Source of the DNA: Octopus sinensis
Taxonomy: Eukaryota
Reading direction: 5' to 3'
Assembly: GCF_006345805.1 (NCBI RefSeq)
Contig: NC_043013.1
Location: forward strand, 8,680,001 to 8,744,000
Length of the DNA stretch: 64,000 nt
Shown: positions 1-12,692 of the stretch, piece after piece
Position numbering within the stretch: position 1 is the first letter of the stretch
Layout: each line of letters opens with the position of its first letter
The notes under the pieces: generated by a model
The model's input: the letters and a program-made list of their open reading frames with translations, nothing else
The model's database searches: none
Told to the model about the DNA's origin: nothing
Translations under genes and position numbers: made by a program

Positions 1-159
1 ACCTACATTTATATGAGTAGCATATCTATCTATACTATGCATTTAGAAATATATTTAATTTGAGGGCATGAGGTTTTTCTGTGATCGTTTTCCGTAGCCG
101 TTTGCCGTCCTTGGCCGTTTGCCGTCCGTGGCTGTTTGCCGTCCGTGGCTGTTTGCCAT

Positions 160-380
160 CCGTGGCCGTTTGCCAGCTCCGTCTGGCACCTGTGCGGGTG
201 GCACGTAAAAAGCACCCACTACACTCACGGAGTGGTTGGCGTTAGGAAGGGCATCCAGCTGTAGAAACACTGCCAGATCAGACTGGGCCTGATGCAGCCT
301 TCTGGCTTCTCAGACCCCAGTTGAACCGTTCAACCCATGCTAGCATGGAAAGCGGATGCTAAACGATGATGATGATGATG
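160..380 (+). mobile_element. SINE-B (ggcacgtaaaaagcacc units, gttaggaagggcatcc body, (GAT)n tail; RTE-related by inference)
   Basis: More than 15 copies. Others at about 640-862(+), 6350-6600(+), 7030-7290(-), 8540-8750(+), 24790-25010(-), 40850-41240(-), 44775-44990(-), 45620-45940(-). Confidence 0.85.
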
Positions 381-863
381 TTACATTGATAACAGCAACT
401 GCACAGAATAGGGATAGAGGGACAGAAAATATGGATAGGTAGGTAAGAGAACATCAGTGAAAAGAGTGTAACAGATAACTACGAATGAGTATTGAGGTGG
501 ACAGAGTGAATATCAGTTTGGAGGAGGAGGGGATAAAGGAAATAGGAGGAGGAGGTGATAAGAGATGTCTGTTTATCAAGACAGCAACCTGGGTTTTTTG
601 GCGATATGCTGTGCATGAGAAAATTCATCAAGCCAAGTGAAGCCATAGGCGTGGTCATTACCGGTGTCATATAAATGGCACCCATGCTGGTGTCACATAA
701 AAAGCACCCATTTACACTCTTGTAGTGGTTGGCATTAGGAAGGGCATCCAGCCATAGAAATCATGCCAAATCAGACTGGAACCTGGTGCAGCTCTCAGGC
801 TTACCAGTTCCAGTCAAACTGTCTAACCCATGCCAGCATGGGAGGCAGATCTTAAACGATGAT

Positions 864-1076
864 ACTCTTTACTCTTTTACTCTTTTACTTGTTTCAGTCA
901 TTTGACTGTGGCCATGCTGGAGCACTGCCTTTAGTCGAACAAATTGACCCCAGGACTTATTCTTTGTAAGCCCAGTACTCATTCTATCGGCCTCTTTTGC
1001 CGAACCACTAAGTGATGGTGACGTAAACACACCAACATCAGTTGTCAAGCAATGCTAGGGAGACAAACATACACAA

Positions 1077-1113
<37 letters not shown>

Positions 1114-1277
1114 CGACGGGCTTCTTTCAGTTTCCGTCTACCAAATCCACTCACAAGGCTTTGGTCAGCCCGAGGCTATAGTAGAAGACACTTGCCCAAC
1201 ATGCCACGCAGTGGGACTGAACCCGGATCCATGTGGTTGGTAAGCAAGCTACTTACCACACAGCCACTCCTGCGCCT
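864..1277 (-). mobile_element. SINE-A (tRNA-like head, central microsatellite, (GAGTAAAA)n tail)
   Basis: Head aggcgcaggagtggctgtgtgg...ggttcagtccc (A/B-box-like); about 20 copies in the window. Confidence 0.9.
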
Positions 1278-2152
1278 ATGATGATGATGATGATGTTTTA
1301 AGAAGATGAAGGCATGTGAGCTAGTGGTTAGGATGTTACTCTCATGATTGCTAGACCATGGGTTCAATTCCTGGACTGGGTGGCATGTGTTCTTGAGCAA
1401 AACAGTTCATTCCATGTTGCTTCAGTCCCCTCAGCTGTAAATGGGTCACTCTGTGACAGAATAAGCCTTCAGGTCAGGGGAAATGTTGGATAGCATCCTT
1501 TGAAAGCTAAAACGTTGCAAAGTGCATTGTGACCAGTGATGTATAACAACATCCACGGTCTGGTTGATACTATGATACTGTGATTTAATGAAATGTCCAA
1601 TATAAGAATATCCAGTTTCTCTGTGATGTACTTTCAAAAGCACATCCCATCCATTTGTGATGTGCATTTAATAAAATGATAGAATATCTAATGTTAAGAC
1701 ATCAAAGTTTATTTATGATAAACAGTTAAAAGATCAGTCAATACATTTATGATGTGAATGGAAAAGTGAGAAAAAGCAAAAAAATAAAGCAAAAGAAATG
1801 AAAGTGGTGTGTGTTGACAGTAGATGGAGCCTGCAGTGGAGTAAGACCAGAAGAAGATCTGGCAGAGTGAGGAGATAAGATCTTCAGATGAAGGACTTTG
1901 CATTTGTAATACAGAAATACTGAGATGGCTGGGGATATGCTGTGTGGGAAACCTGCCTATCCCAGGGCAGCATTAGAAAACAATCATTAAAGCATATTGG
2001 TGGTGGTGGTCATGGTAGTGGTAGCGGGGGTAATGATAGTGGTGGCGATGGTGCTAGTGGTGGTGGTGGTGGTGGTGGTAGCAATGGTGACATGTTCGTG
2101 GTGGTGACATGTTGGTGGTGGTGACAGTGTTGGTGGTGGTGTTGTTGTTGGT

Positions 2153-2546
2153 ACTCTCTCTTTTACTCTTTTACTTGTTTCAGTCATTTGACTGCGGCCA
2201 TGCTGGAGCACCGCCTTTAGTTGAGCAAATCGACCTCGGGTCTTATTCTTTGTAAGCCCAGTACTTATTCTATCGGTCTCTTTTGTCGCACCGCTAAGTG
2301 ACGGGGACGTAAACACACCAGCATCGGTTGTCAAGCAATGCTAGGGGGACAAACACAGACACACAAACACAGACACACACACGCATACATATATATATAC
2401 ATATATACGACAGGCTTCTTTCAGTTTCCGTCTACCAAATCCACTCACAAGGCATTGGCCGGCCTGGGGCTATAGCAGAAAACACTTGCCCAAGATGCCA
2501 TACAGTGGGACTGAACCCGGAGCAAGCTACTTACCACACAGCCACT
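2153..2546 (-). mobile_element. SINE-A
   Basis: Homologous to 864-1277, with a small deletion in the head. Confidence 0.88.
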
Positions 2547-2791
2547 ATGAAATTGTAGCTAGGCACCCACATTTATGTACATGTTCTGGGGCCTTAAAAA
2601 GATGCTCTGGGGTTTTATATTATCCATTTATAGTACCAATAGGAGTTTTCCCCTATCTTGTCATAAACAACAAATGTTTCTCTTATTGTTTTTCCCTACT
2701 TCATCTCTCTCTCTATTGTTTTCTCTTTTAATATATGTGCATGTGCTTACATGTGTGTAGGTATATACCTATGTATATATATATATATATG

Positions 2792-2874
<83 letters not shown>

Positions 2875-2901
2875 ATATATATATATAATATATATATATA
2901 T

Positions 2902-3095
2902 ATTTATTTTATAGAAGGAGCTTCTACAGGACTAGAACTGTTTCATTCAAATGAAATCATCAGGGCTTCCTGATGATTTCATTTGAATGAAACAGTTCTA
3001 GTCCTGTAGAAGCTCCTTCTTAAAATAAATTAATTTACTCTGCTATGTATTGAGTACCATATTTACTGTGGTTAACCCCGACTCAACCCGGGACC

Positions 3096-3098
<3 letters not shown>
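2902..3098 (+). mobile_element. Fold-back Penelope-like element end (inverted terminal repeat plus ~70-bp tail) within (TA)n
   Basis: Perfect 52-bp arms 2913-2964 and 2969-3020 with a 4-nt spacer. Second copy on the other strand at 14988-15154. Penelope assignment inferred from the hammerhead plus inverted structure. Confidence 0.65.
2965..3013 (+). ncRNA. Type I hammerhead ribozyme-like motif in a Penelope-like terminal repeat
   Basis: Stem I GCTTC/GAAGC; core CTGATGA (2970-76); stem II TTC-attt-GAA with a U.U first pair; GAA; stem III ACAG/CTGT; GUA cleavage triplet ending at 3008. Confidence 0.7.
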
Positions 3099-3152
<54 letters not shown>

Positions 3153-3299
3153 GTATATATATATATTATAAATATATATATATGTGTGGTGTGTGTGTGT
3201 ATATATGTATGTATCTATGTATATATACGTATATGTATATGAATATATATATATATATATAGGCATATATACATATATTTATCTATATGTGTATGTATA

Positions 3300-3342
<43 letters not shown>

Positions 3343-3554
3343 GCATATACATATGCATATATATATATATCATCATTATCATTATACTCATCATTTAACG
3401 TTCACCTTGCATGCTGGCATGGGTGGGATGGTTTGACAAGAGCTGGCCAGGCAGATGCCTTCATCAGACTTCTTTAACTGTTTTGGCAGATTTTTTACAG
3501 TTGGATGCCCTTCCTAACACCAACTACTTAGCAGAGTGACTATATATATATATA

Positions 3555-3901
3555 TATATATATACTGGCTTCCGTGTCGGTAGCACATAAAAAGCACCAT
3601 CCGAATCGTGGCCGAAGCCAGTGCCGCCTCGACTGGCTTCCGTGCAGGTGGCACGTAAAATGCACCAATCCGACCGTGGCCAATACCAGCCTCGCCTGGC
3701 ACCAGTGTAGGTGGCACGTAAAAAGCACCCACTACACTCACGGAGTGGTTGGCGTTAGGAAGGGCATCCAGTTGTAGAAACATTGCCAGATAAGACCGGA
3801 GCCTGGTGCAGCCTTCTGGCTTCCCAGATCCCCGGTCGAACCGCCCAACCCATGCTAGCATGGAGAACGGACGTTAAACGATGATGATGATGATGATGAT
3901 G

Positions 3902-3903
<2 letters not shown>
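3555..3903 (+). mobile_element. SINE-B
   Basis: Three ~50-60-bp head units, body and (GAT)n tail. Confidence 0.88.
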
Positions 3904-3964
<61 letters not shown>

Positions 3965-4009
3965 TAAATATATATATATAAATATAAATATATATATATA
4001 ATATATATA

Positions 4010-4043
<34 letters not shown>

Positions 4044-4080
4044 TATATATATATATACATACATACATACACACATAATA

Positions 4081-4118
<38 letters not shown>

Positions 4119-4832
4119 GTTATGTATGTATATCCCTCCAGCTCTCTCTCTCTCTCTCTCTCTGCATTTTTCTTTCTCTTACTTCTGAGCTTGATGCTGA
4201 TAATGAACAGTTACCAATATGAACAGTTGCCATACCAACAAGTTATGTTTGAGCTGACAGCTTAGTATAACCAAATGATCCATGAGCAAATAGATATGAA
4301 AGAAGCCAACTAAGGGACAAGCTTTGAAAAGGTCAAATAACCAGCTAGAAATAGCAGCTCAACCTCTTTCAGATCACACCCTGCTGGCTGCAAAAAAAGA
4401 ACAGTTGTGTTAGATAATGTAGTTCTAGATATACAAAGTCTGAAAAATCTTTTTGATCATAAATCTCTTTTGTATCGAGGCTGACCCAAGGCTAAACAAC
4501 AGCACCAACAACAATGAAATAGAAGTGAGATGATGTTAGATGATAAGGATGATCATGGTGTTGATGATGATGATGATGATGATTATGATGTCTGTAAAGA
4601 CACTATCATCTTCATCAAGATGATAATGGTGATGATAATAATGGGATGATGTCAAATTAGATAATGAGACATCAGAAACGATAATGATAATAATGATAAT
4701 AATGATGATGATTATTTTTATCGAGATTATTATGGTCTCTTCGTGATTATCATTTAAATCAGTGATTCTTAATCGTTTTGGGTAACTATTGCTGCCATTG
4801 GTTCAAAAGCTTAATATATTGGTTTCTGATAT

Positions 4833-5222
4833 GTGGAAGCACTCCGTCGGTTACGACGACGAGGGTTCCGGTTGATCCGATCAACGGAACAGCCTGCTCG
4901 TGAAATTAACGTGTAAGTGGCTGAGCACTCCACAGACATGTGTACCCTTAACGTAGTTCTCGGGGATATTCAGCGTGACACAGAGAGTGACAAGGCCGGC
5001 CCCTTGAAATACAGGTACAACAGAAACAGGAAGTAAGAGTGAGAGTGAGAGAAAGTTGTGGTGAAAGAGTACAGCAAGGATCACCACCATCCCCTGCCAG
5101 AGCCTCGTGGAGCTTTTAGGTGTTTTCGCTCAATAAACACTCACAACGCCCGGTCTGGGAATCGAAACCGCGATCCTATGACCGCGAGTCCGCTGCCCTA
5201 ACCACTGGGCCATTGCGCCTCC
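4833..5222 (-). mobile_element. SINE-E (tRNA-Arg-like head) with 12-bp TSD
   Basis: TSD ggtttctgatat at 4821-32 and 5223-34; head ggaggcgcaatggcccagtggttagggc with TCG at the anticodon position. Confidence 0.9.
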
Positions 5223-5561
5223 GGTTTCTGATATAAGCGCCAAGTCAATAATCAGTTGTAGAGTTGACATTGTCAATTACAACAACCTCAATAAATGACT
5301 GGTACTTTATTTTATGACCAACACCAGTGCTTTTATACATGGCAACCAGCACCAGTGTCTCCTATGTTGTCCCAGCAGCAGCTCCGTCCAAGAATTTGGA
5401 CTTGGAGATCTCCATTTCTAGCAACTTCGAGGTGTTGGGCGTCAACGAAGAGCCCTCGACAACAACAAGACGACCAAAGTTTTTTTTTTTTCCAAGGTCT
5501 GGGGTCTCTTGCCCCTAAGCCCTAGACTATCACCTAATCACCATTACCCATCTTGTTGCTT

Positions 5562-5598
<37 letters not shown>

Positions 5599-5846
5599 CA
5601 ACAACAGCAGCAGCAGCAACAATGCCTCTTACATGGCACCAGCACCAGTGTCTCCCACATGGCACCAGCACCAGTGTTTTTTATGTGGTACCATCACCAG
5701 TACCCTTTGGGTGTATAGAAATGAAATGTGGGCTGGTGGGAGAAATATTATAGGATCCAGTACATTGGTTTACCTTGAGGCCTATAATCCTGCTTAGGAC
5801 CATGATGCAGATATTTTAATGCATAGCTACATGTATGCATGCACAT

Positions 5847-6210
5847 AGGTGCAAGAGTGGCTGTGTGGTAAGTAGCTTGCTAACCAACCACATGGTTCCA
5901 GGTTCAGTCCCACTGCGTGGCATCTTGGGCAAGTGTCTTCTGCTATGGCCCCGGGCCGACCAATGCCTTGTGAGTGGATTTGGTAGACGGAAACTGAAAA
6001 AAGCCTGTCGTATATATGTATATATGTATGTGTGTGTGTTTGTGTGTCTGTGTTTGTCCCCCTAGCATTGCTTGGCAACCGATGCTGGTGTGTTTACGTC
6101 CCCATCACTTAGCGGTTCTGCAAAAGAGACCGATAGAATAAGTACTGGGCTTACAAAGAATAAGTCCCGGGGTCGATTTGCTCGACTAAAGGCGGTGCTC
6201 CAGCATGGCC
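5847..6210 (+). mobile_element. SINE-A (3'-truncated)
   Basis: Homology to other copies. Confidence 0.85.
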
Positions 6211-7559
6211 ACACGCCCACACCTGCTCCTACTAATATAGGAAACAAAAAACCTATTGAACAGATGCCTAAACTAAATGCAATATTGTTTTGTCCCACAC
6301 ATCATCCTGAACCAATAGTACAGCTACTCGGAAATTTTAGACACATCATACTGGCTTCTGTGCCGGTGGCACATAAAAAGCACCAACCGATTGTGGCCGC
6401 TGCCAGCCTCCTCTGGCACCTGTGCCGGTGGCACATAAAAAGCACCCACTACATTCACAGAGTGATTGGCATTAGGAGGGCATCCAGCTGTAGAAACACT
6501 GCCAGATCAGACTGGAGCCTGGTGCAGCCTCCTGGCTTCCCAGACCCTGGTCGAACCATCCAACCCGTGCTAGCATGGAAAATGGACGTTAAACGATGAT
6601 CATCATCATCATGATCAGCAACACATGCGTATGTACATTATAAGAATGTGTTCAAAAATTCTTTCATTTCTGTTTTTTCTTCTCATCTGAGAGTTACAAA
6701 CAATCAATACTGATCAAAGTAGATGCGATATAAATTTTCTCTCTAGTCTGAAACTCTTGTATCAAATTAAATGTTTGCTCTAATAAATCCTGAGAAATAG
6801 CAGCTGGACTGTAAGCATTGATAGAAGTCACCTTCAGATTGTCCGGAAATAATACATAAAAATTAGGCTAAACAATGGAGCGGAATGACAAAAAAAAAAA
6901 TACAGAAAAAAAATAAGCTACCCAAATATATTTTCACTGCATCCTTACATCATCAGACACTAAGATGCCAATGTTGGAGCATCTTAGTGGTCATTTGACT
7001 TGCTAGAAAGAGCAGCTAAATGTTCCTCAAGTCACAACCTAGCTAGCATGGGTTGGACGGTTCAACTGGGGTCTGGGAAGCCCGAAGGCTGCACCAGACC
7101 AGTCAGATCTGGCAGTGTTTCTACAGCTTGATGCCCTTCCTAATGCCAACCACTCCGTGAGTGTAGTGGGTGCTTTTTATGTGCCACCGACACAGGTGCC
7201 AGACGAGGCTGGCGAACGGCCACGCTCGGATGGTGTTTTTTACGTGCCACTGGCACGGCCACGATCGAATGGTGCCTGCCACATGCCATATATATATATA
7301 TATTCACATATGAATATACATATATATATATATTTATATATTTATATATATTCACATATGAATATACATATATATATATTTATATATTTATATATATTCA
7401 CATATGAAAATATGTATATATATGTTTGTGTGTGTGTTTGTGTGTGTGTGTGTCTGTGTGTCTCCATGTCTTGACGTTATGTGATAATCTTAAATGAGAA
7501 GTGCTGTTAAGCATTTTGTTCGATGTGTTAACGCTTCTGCCATCTTGCCACTGTCATAC

Positions 7560-7975
7560 TTATTTCTTTATTGCCCACAAGGGGCTAAACATAGAGGGGA
7601 CAAACAAGGACAGACAAAGGGATGAAGTCGATTACATCAACCCCAGTGCATAACTGGTACTTAATTAATCAGCCCCGAAAGGATGAAAGGCAAAGTCGAC
7701 CTAGGAGGATTTTGAACTCAGAACGTAACAGCAGATGAAATACCTATTTCTTTACTACCCACAAGGGGCTAAACACAGAGAGGACAAAAAGGGACAGACA
7801 AACGGATTAAGTCGATTACATCGACACCAGTGCATAACTGGTACTTATCGACTCCGAAAGGATGAAAGGCAAAGTCGACTTCGGCGGAATTTGAACTCAG
7901 AACATAACGGCAGACGAAACGCCACTAAGCATTTCGCCCGGTGTGCTAACGTTTCTGCCAGCTCGCTGCCTTTTA
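7560..7975 (-). mobile_element. SINE-C tandem (1.7 units)
   Basis: Head ggcggcgagctggcagaa, B-box gagttcaaattcc, body gcctttcatcctttcggggtcga. Older copies at about 18270-18780, 26680-26910, 30655-30870, 32675-33120, 33590-33775, 39860-40075, 55395-55610. Confidence 0.85.
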
Positions 7976-8911
7976 TACTTGTTATATAACAACTGGTAAT
8001 TTCACCTCTGATAATTTTGAATTACAGTTCAGTAACTAATTTAGAAAGTAACTAAAATATATCTACATATGTCTTGCTGAATAAGAACTCTTTGGTTCAA
8101 AGCCAAATTTAACAAGGTAACATCTGATATAGATCTAAATCTAATATATTATCTATATTTAACTCACAATCAATATCCAAATCATGATTTTGATTCTTAT
8201 TATAGTCAAAAGTGAATTTGTTGTGATACCAATAAGAGGCAAGACTATGATTGTGATATAATGTTCTCTCATTAAATCTGGATTTTAATAGAAAATTTTA
8301 TACCCATCTCGCCTCCTTGAGGCTTGCTTGAAAGGAACTCAGCCATGCAGGTGAGGTAGCTGAGTTCCTTTCAAGTAGGCTGAGTTCCTTTCGAGCGTTG
8401 GGCCTCATGAAGGCCAAAGTGGTTGAGCTCCTTTCGAATGTTGGGCCTCATGGAAGCAATGACCAAGACCTTTGGCATTATGTTGTGCTTGAGAAGAAAA
8501 CCCATCAAGCTGAGCAAAATCACAGTCATGGTAGATACCAGTGTCATGCGAATGGCACCCGTGCTGGTGGCATGTAAAAGCACCTATTACACTCTTGAAG
8601 TATTTGGTATTATGAAGGGCATCCAGCCATAGAAAACCATGCCAAATCAGACTGGATCCTGGCGCAGCCTTCCAGCATGCCAGCCCAATCGAACCATCCA
8701 ACTCATGCCAGCATGGACAGTGGACGTTAAATGATGATAATGATGATGAATCTACAGATGTATGTCAGATTTTACAGCCATACCTGAGATTATACAGGTA
8801 TACTCTGAGATTATACAGGCATACTCTGAAAATATACAGGTATGACTTAAAATAAGCAGACATGCCTCAGAATTTATAGACATAGCATACCCTGAATGTT
8901 TGTAGAAATAG

Positions 8912-9300
8912 GTATAGGAGTGGCTGTGTGGTAAGTAGCTTGCTTACCAACCACATGGTTCTGGGTTCAGTCCCACTACGTGGCACTTTGGACAAGTGTC
9001 TTCTACTATAACCTTGGGCCGACCAAAGCCGTATGAGTGGATTTGGTAGACGGAAACTGAAAGAAGCCCATCATATATATGTGTGTATATCGCTTGGCAT
9101 CATATATATGTGTGTATATTGCTTGACAACCGATGGTGGTGTGTTTACGTCCCCGTAAGTGGTTCAGCAAAAGAGACCAATAGAATAAGTGCTAGGCTTA
9201 CAAAGAATAAGTCCTGGGGTCGATTTGATTGACTAAAAAGGTCGTGCTCCAGCATGGCCACAGTCAAATGACTGAAACAAGTAAAAGAATAAAAGAATAA
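8912..9300 (+). mobile_element. SINE-A
   Basis: Homology to other copies. Confidence 0.85.
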
Positions 9301-10079
9301 AATAAAAAATATGTTAGTAGCACAACCTGAATAGACACACACACGCACGCCTGCATGCATGCACAGTCACACACACACACACACACACTCACAGAAGTGT
9401 GTTAATGGCACACCTTGAATAAATATATGTGTAGTTAATAGCAGATCCTGAATGTATACTGAAGTGTGTTAGAAGCAGACTTCTATAAATATTCAAATTT
9501 TGAGCTACTAACACATCTCTACATATACACAGGATGTGCTAATAATTTATATATTCTAGTTGTGCTAATAACACACTTCTAAATTTGTTCAAAGTGTGCT
9601 ATTAGCACATTTCTGCTTCTATTCAGAGTATACTATTAACAATACATATCTAAATGTGTGCTATTAACACACCTATTAACAGCATACCTCAAATATATAA
9701 AAGTGTGTTAGTAGTACACACTATATCAGTGGTTTCCAAAGTGGACAGTACTGCCCACTTGGGAGTGGGTTGGAAAGGTCGAAAGTTCTAGAGGGACGTT
9801 GAAGAAAAGTGGGGTGATAATGTGGGGGCAATGGATGTAAAAGTCGCAAAATAATTAACTCCATTATTTTGTGGCTTAATTTGTTTGATAAACCCTTCAA
9901 GGTAATACCCCAGTATGGCCGCAGTCCAGTGACTGTAACAAGTCAAAAAAAAGATTGCATTTTATGAACAACTGCACTGTTAGCTACAGGTCTATAATGA
10001 GTCAGTTACTGGTTCACTGAGGGGAGTTCTTATGAAAATTGGGATGAACAAATACCACAAGGATCTTTTTTGCCAGGCA

Positions 10080-10241
10080 CTGGCATGGCTGTATGGTAAG
10101 AGGCTTGCTTCTCAACCACATGTTTCTGGTTTCAGTCCCACTGCGTAGCATCTTTGGGCAAGTGTTTTCTACTACAGCCTCAGGCCAACCAAATCCTTGC
10201 GAGTGGATTTGGTAGACGGAAACTGAAAGAAGCCTGTCACA

Positions 10242-10272
<31 letters not shown>

Positions 10273-10490
10273 TTATCCACCACCACTGCTTGACAGCTGG
10301 TGTTGGTGTGTTTATGTTGCCATAACTTAGCAACTCAGCAAAACGAGATTAACAGAATAAATCCCAGGCTTTAAAAAATAGAAAATAACTCTTTGGGTTG
10401 GTTCATTTGACTAAGAAAATTCTTCAAGGCAGTGCCCCAGCATGGCCACAGCCTAATGCCTGAAACACATAAAAGATAAAGGATAAAAAG
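10080..10490 (+). mobile_element. SINE-A, diverged subfamily
   Basis: Homology to other copies. Confidence 0.75.
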
Positions 10491-10734
10491 ATCCACTGGA
10501 AAATGATTAAATATGTAATTAATTGATTCTCGTCAATCAGAATGTTTTACCAATTTAGCTGGAAGGGAGTTTATTAATTTGCTATTGTTGGTTCTAGAAA
10601 AAAAAAAAAAAGTTACTAACTACCAATTAGCAAACATTATAGATGTTATTGATGTTGTTGTTGTTGTTGTAATCATTATCCTTATCTTCATCATCATCAT
10701 CTTCTTGGTCATTACCTAGTCCATTATCTTCAGC

Positions 10735-10766
<32 letters not shown>

Positions 10767-10774
10767 CAGCATAT

Positions 10775-10938
10775 GCATCATCATCATCATCGTCATCATC
10801 ATCAATGTCGTCATCATTTTCATTGTTGTCATCATCATTGTCACCATTATCACCATGACTACCACCACTACCAACATCATCACCACACTCTTTTACTTAA
10901 CAAATCCACCAACATTACTACAACAACTGCTGCTGCAG

Positions 10939-10987
<49 letters not shown>

Positions 10988-11085
10988 ACCACCACCACCA
11001 CCACCACCACCACCACTACTACTACTACCACCACCACCACCACCACCACTACTACTACTACACTACTACTACTACTACTACTCTC
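10775..11085. repeat. Compound trinucleotide tract (CAT)n/(TAC)n/(CAC)n
   Basis: Direct reading; source of the poly-His/Thr/Pro ORFs. Confidence 0.9.
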
Positions 11086-11704
11086 AGCTCTAAGCATAGC
11101 CGCTGTATCCAGTACTAATTAGCGCTGTTAATAATATCACATCCGTAATAGCAGCTGAATTTCCCTCGAAAATAATTAAAGAATTTGCAGGGCAATGTTG
11201 TTCCTGACTGATAGAGGAAATTATTGTCATAGCTGACAGGCTTTTGTTGGTAGGACTTCTGCCAGTGCCACATAAAAAGCACCCAATACATTTTATTAAT
11301 ATAAAGTGATTGGCATTAGGAATGGCATCTGTCTGTAGAAACCATGCCTTAGCAGACTTTGGAGCTTGGCGCAATCCTTTGACTTGCCAACTCCTGTTGC
11401 ACCATCCAACCCATATAAATGGTGATATATTATCCTTAATATAGTGGAGGCACGTGGCTTAGTGGTTAGGGTGTTGAACTCATGATCATAAGGTTGTGGT
11501 TTCGATTCCTGGACCGGGTGACGCGTTGTGTTCTTGAGCAAAACACTTCATTTTCACGTTGCTCCAGTCCACTCAGCTGGAAAAAATGAATAATCTTGTG
11601 ACAGACCGGCGTCCCATCCAGGTGGGGAATTTCTACGCCACTGAAACAGGGAAACCGGCCCTTACATGTCTGGCATGGCTCGAGAAGGAGCATTTTATCC
11701 TTAA

Positions 11705-12089
11705 CTAGCAGTATCGCCCGGCGTTGCTCAGGTTTGTAAGGGAAATAACTATAAAGCATTTTTAGAGAGTTATAGCCAAAAAATAGCAAAAAAATGGAAA
11801 AAAACGATGGTAAATTTTTTTTGAGAGTGAAAAAAAGGTGGGGTTGCGTCCCCTAAACAGTTTGCGGCTTGTGTTTCTGATTCTCGACCCCATGTCGAAT
11901 TTATCGATTTTTTTCAGAACTGGGGGAACTTTTCAAAATTTTCGCTACGTTAGTTTTGAATTATGACATTGGGCTATGTGTGTGTCAAGTTTCATCAGAA
12001 TCGGTTGAAAGCCGTGGTCAGGGTGAGGGTACAAGCAAACAGACACACAGAAACACGCACAGACAAACTGCCGTTTATATAGAAAGAGA
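11705..12089 (-). mobile_element. Non-autonomous Helitron
   Basis: A|TCTC...cctgagcaacgccggg...CTAG|T, inserted at an AT dinucleotide. Confidence 0.78.
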
Positions 12090-12094
12090 TATAT

Positions 12095-12328
12095 GTTTCT
12101 TTACTACCCACGAGGGGCTAAACACAGAGGGGACAAACAAGGACAGACAAACGGATTAAGTCGATTATATCGACCCCAGTGCATAACTGGTACTTAATTT
12201 ATCGACCCCGAAAGGATGAAAGGGAAAGTCGACCTCAGTGGAATTTGAACTCAGACCGTAACGGCAGGTGAAATACGGCTACACATTTTGCCCGGCGTGC
12301 TAACGTTTCTGCCAGCTCGCCGCCCTTT
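12095..12328 (-). mobile_element. SINE-C with TSD ttttatccttaatata
   Basis: Right TSD at 12326-12341; the left TSD is split by the Helitron. Confidence 0.88.
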
Positions 12329-12660
12329 TATCCTTAATATAACTGACCTACACATCCTCTCCAAATCCTAACTCAGATTTAGACAGTTTTGCTCAACTAC
12401 TGTGCTGCCTACATCAACATTATATCAACAATTCAAAAGAGGTAAGCTACAAAAGAAAAACAAAAAAAAAATCACCCAAATGTATCATTCTAACTAGCAT
12501 TTACAGCAGCAAAACCTTTGACTCTATTCCCTTGCTGTCCACTGATACTCCAAATATTCAACAACACATAATACAGGCTAGCAAACCTCTTGAGATTAAG
12601 GCTATTAAACAATTTTCTGGGTTACCAAGCCTCTCTAGTATATCACAGCTCATCATCATT

Positions 12661-12692
<32 letters not shown>

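Larger units (their letters stand above)
2760..3340. repeat. (TA)n-rich tracts (representative; others at about 3900-4120, 35445-35536, 36915-37060, 37970-38115, 49160-49240)
   Basis: Direct reading. Confidence 0.95.

Noticed and set aside
1815-1900. Purine-rich patch with AG/GT sites as a possible upstream Syt14 exon
   Set aside because: Too short and no recognisable homology; cannot be supported without transcripts.
2791-4104. ORFs of YI/HT/CV/poly-I/poly-L type here and throughout (e.g. 21061-22229, 36585-38139, 54320-54877, 59400-60038)
   Set aside because: Translations of (TA)n, (CA)n, (GA)n and (AAT)n microsatellites; no coding signal.
5160-5222. tRNA gene calls for SINE heads (also 14575-14650, 60270-60344)
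   Set aside because: A/B boxes are present but there is no proper acceptor stem, and each runs into a multicopy SINE body.
6072-6599. 175-aa ORF and similar recurrent ORFs (MLGGQTQT..., MFLQLDALPNANHS...)
   Set aside because: Chance open frames across SINE-A/SINE-B copies; they vary by frameshift between copies.
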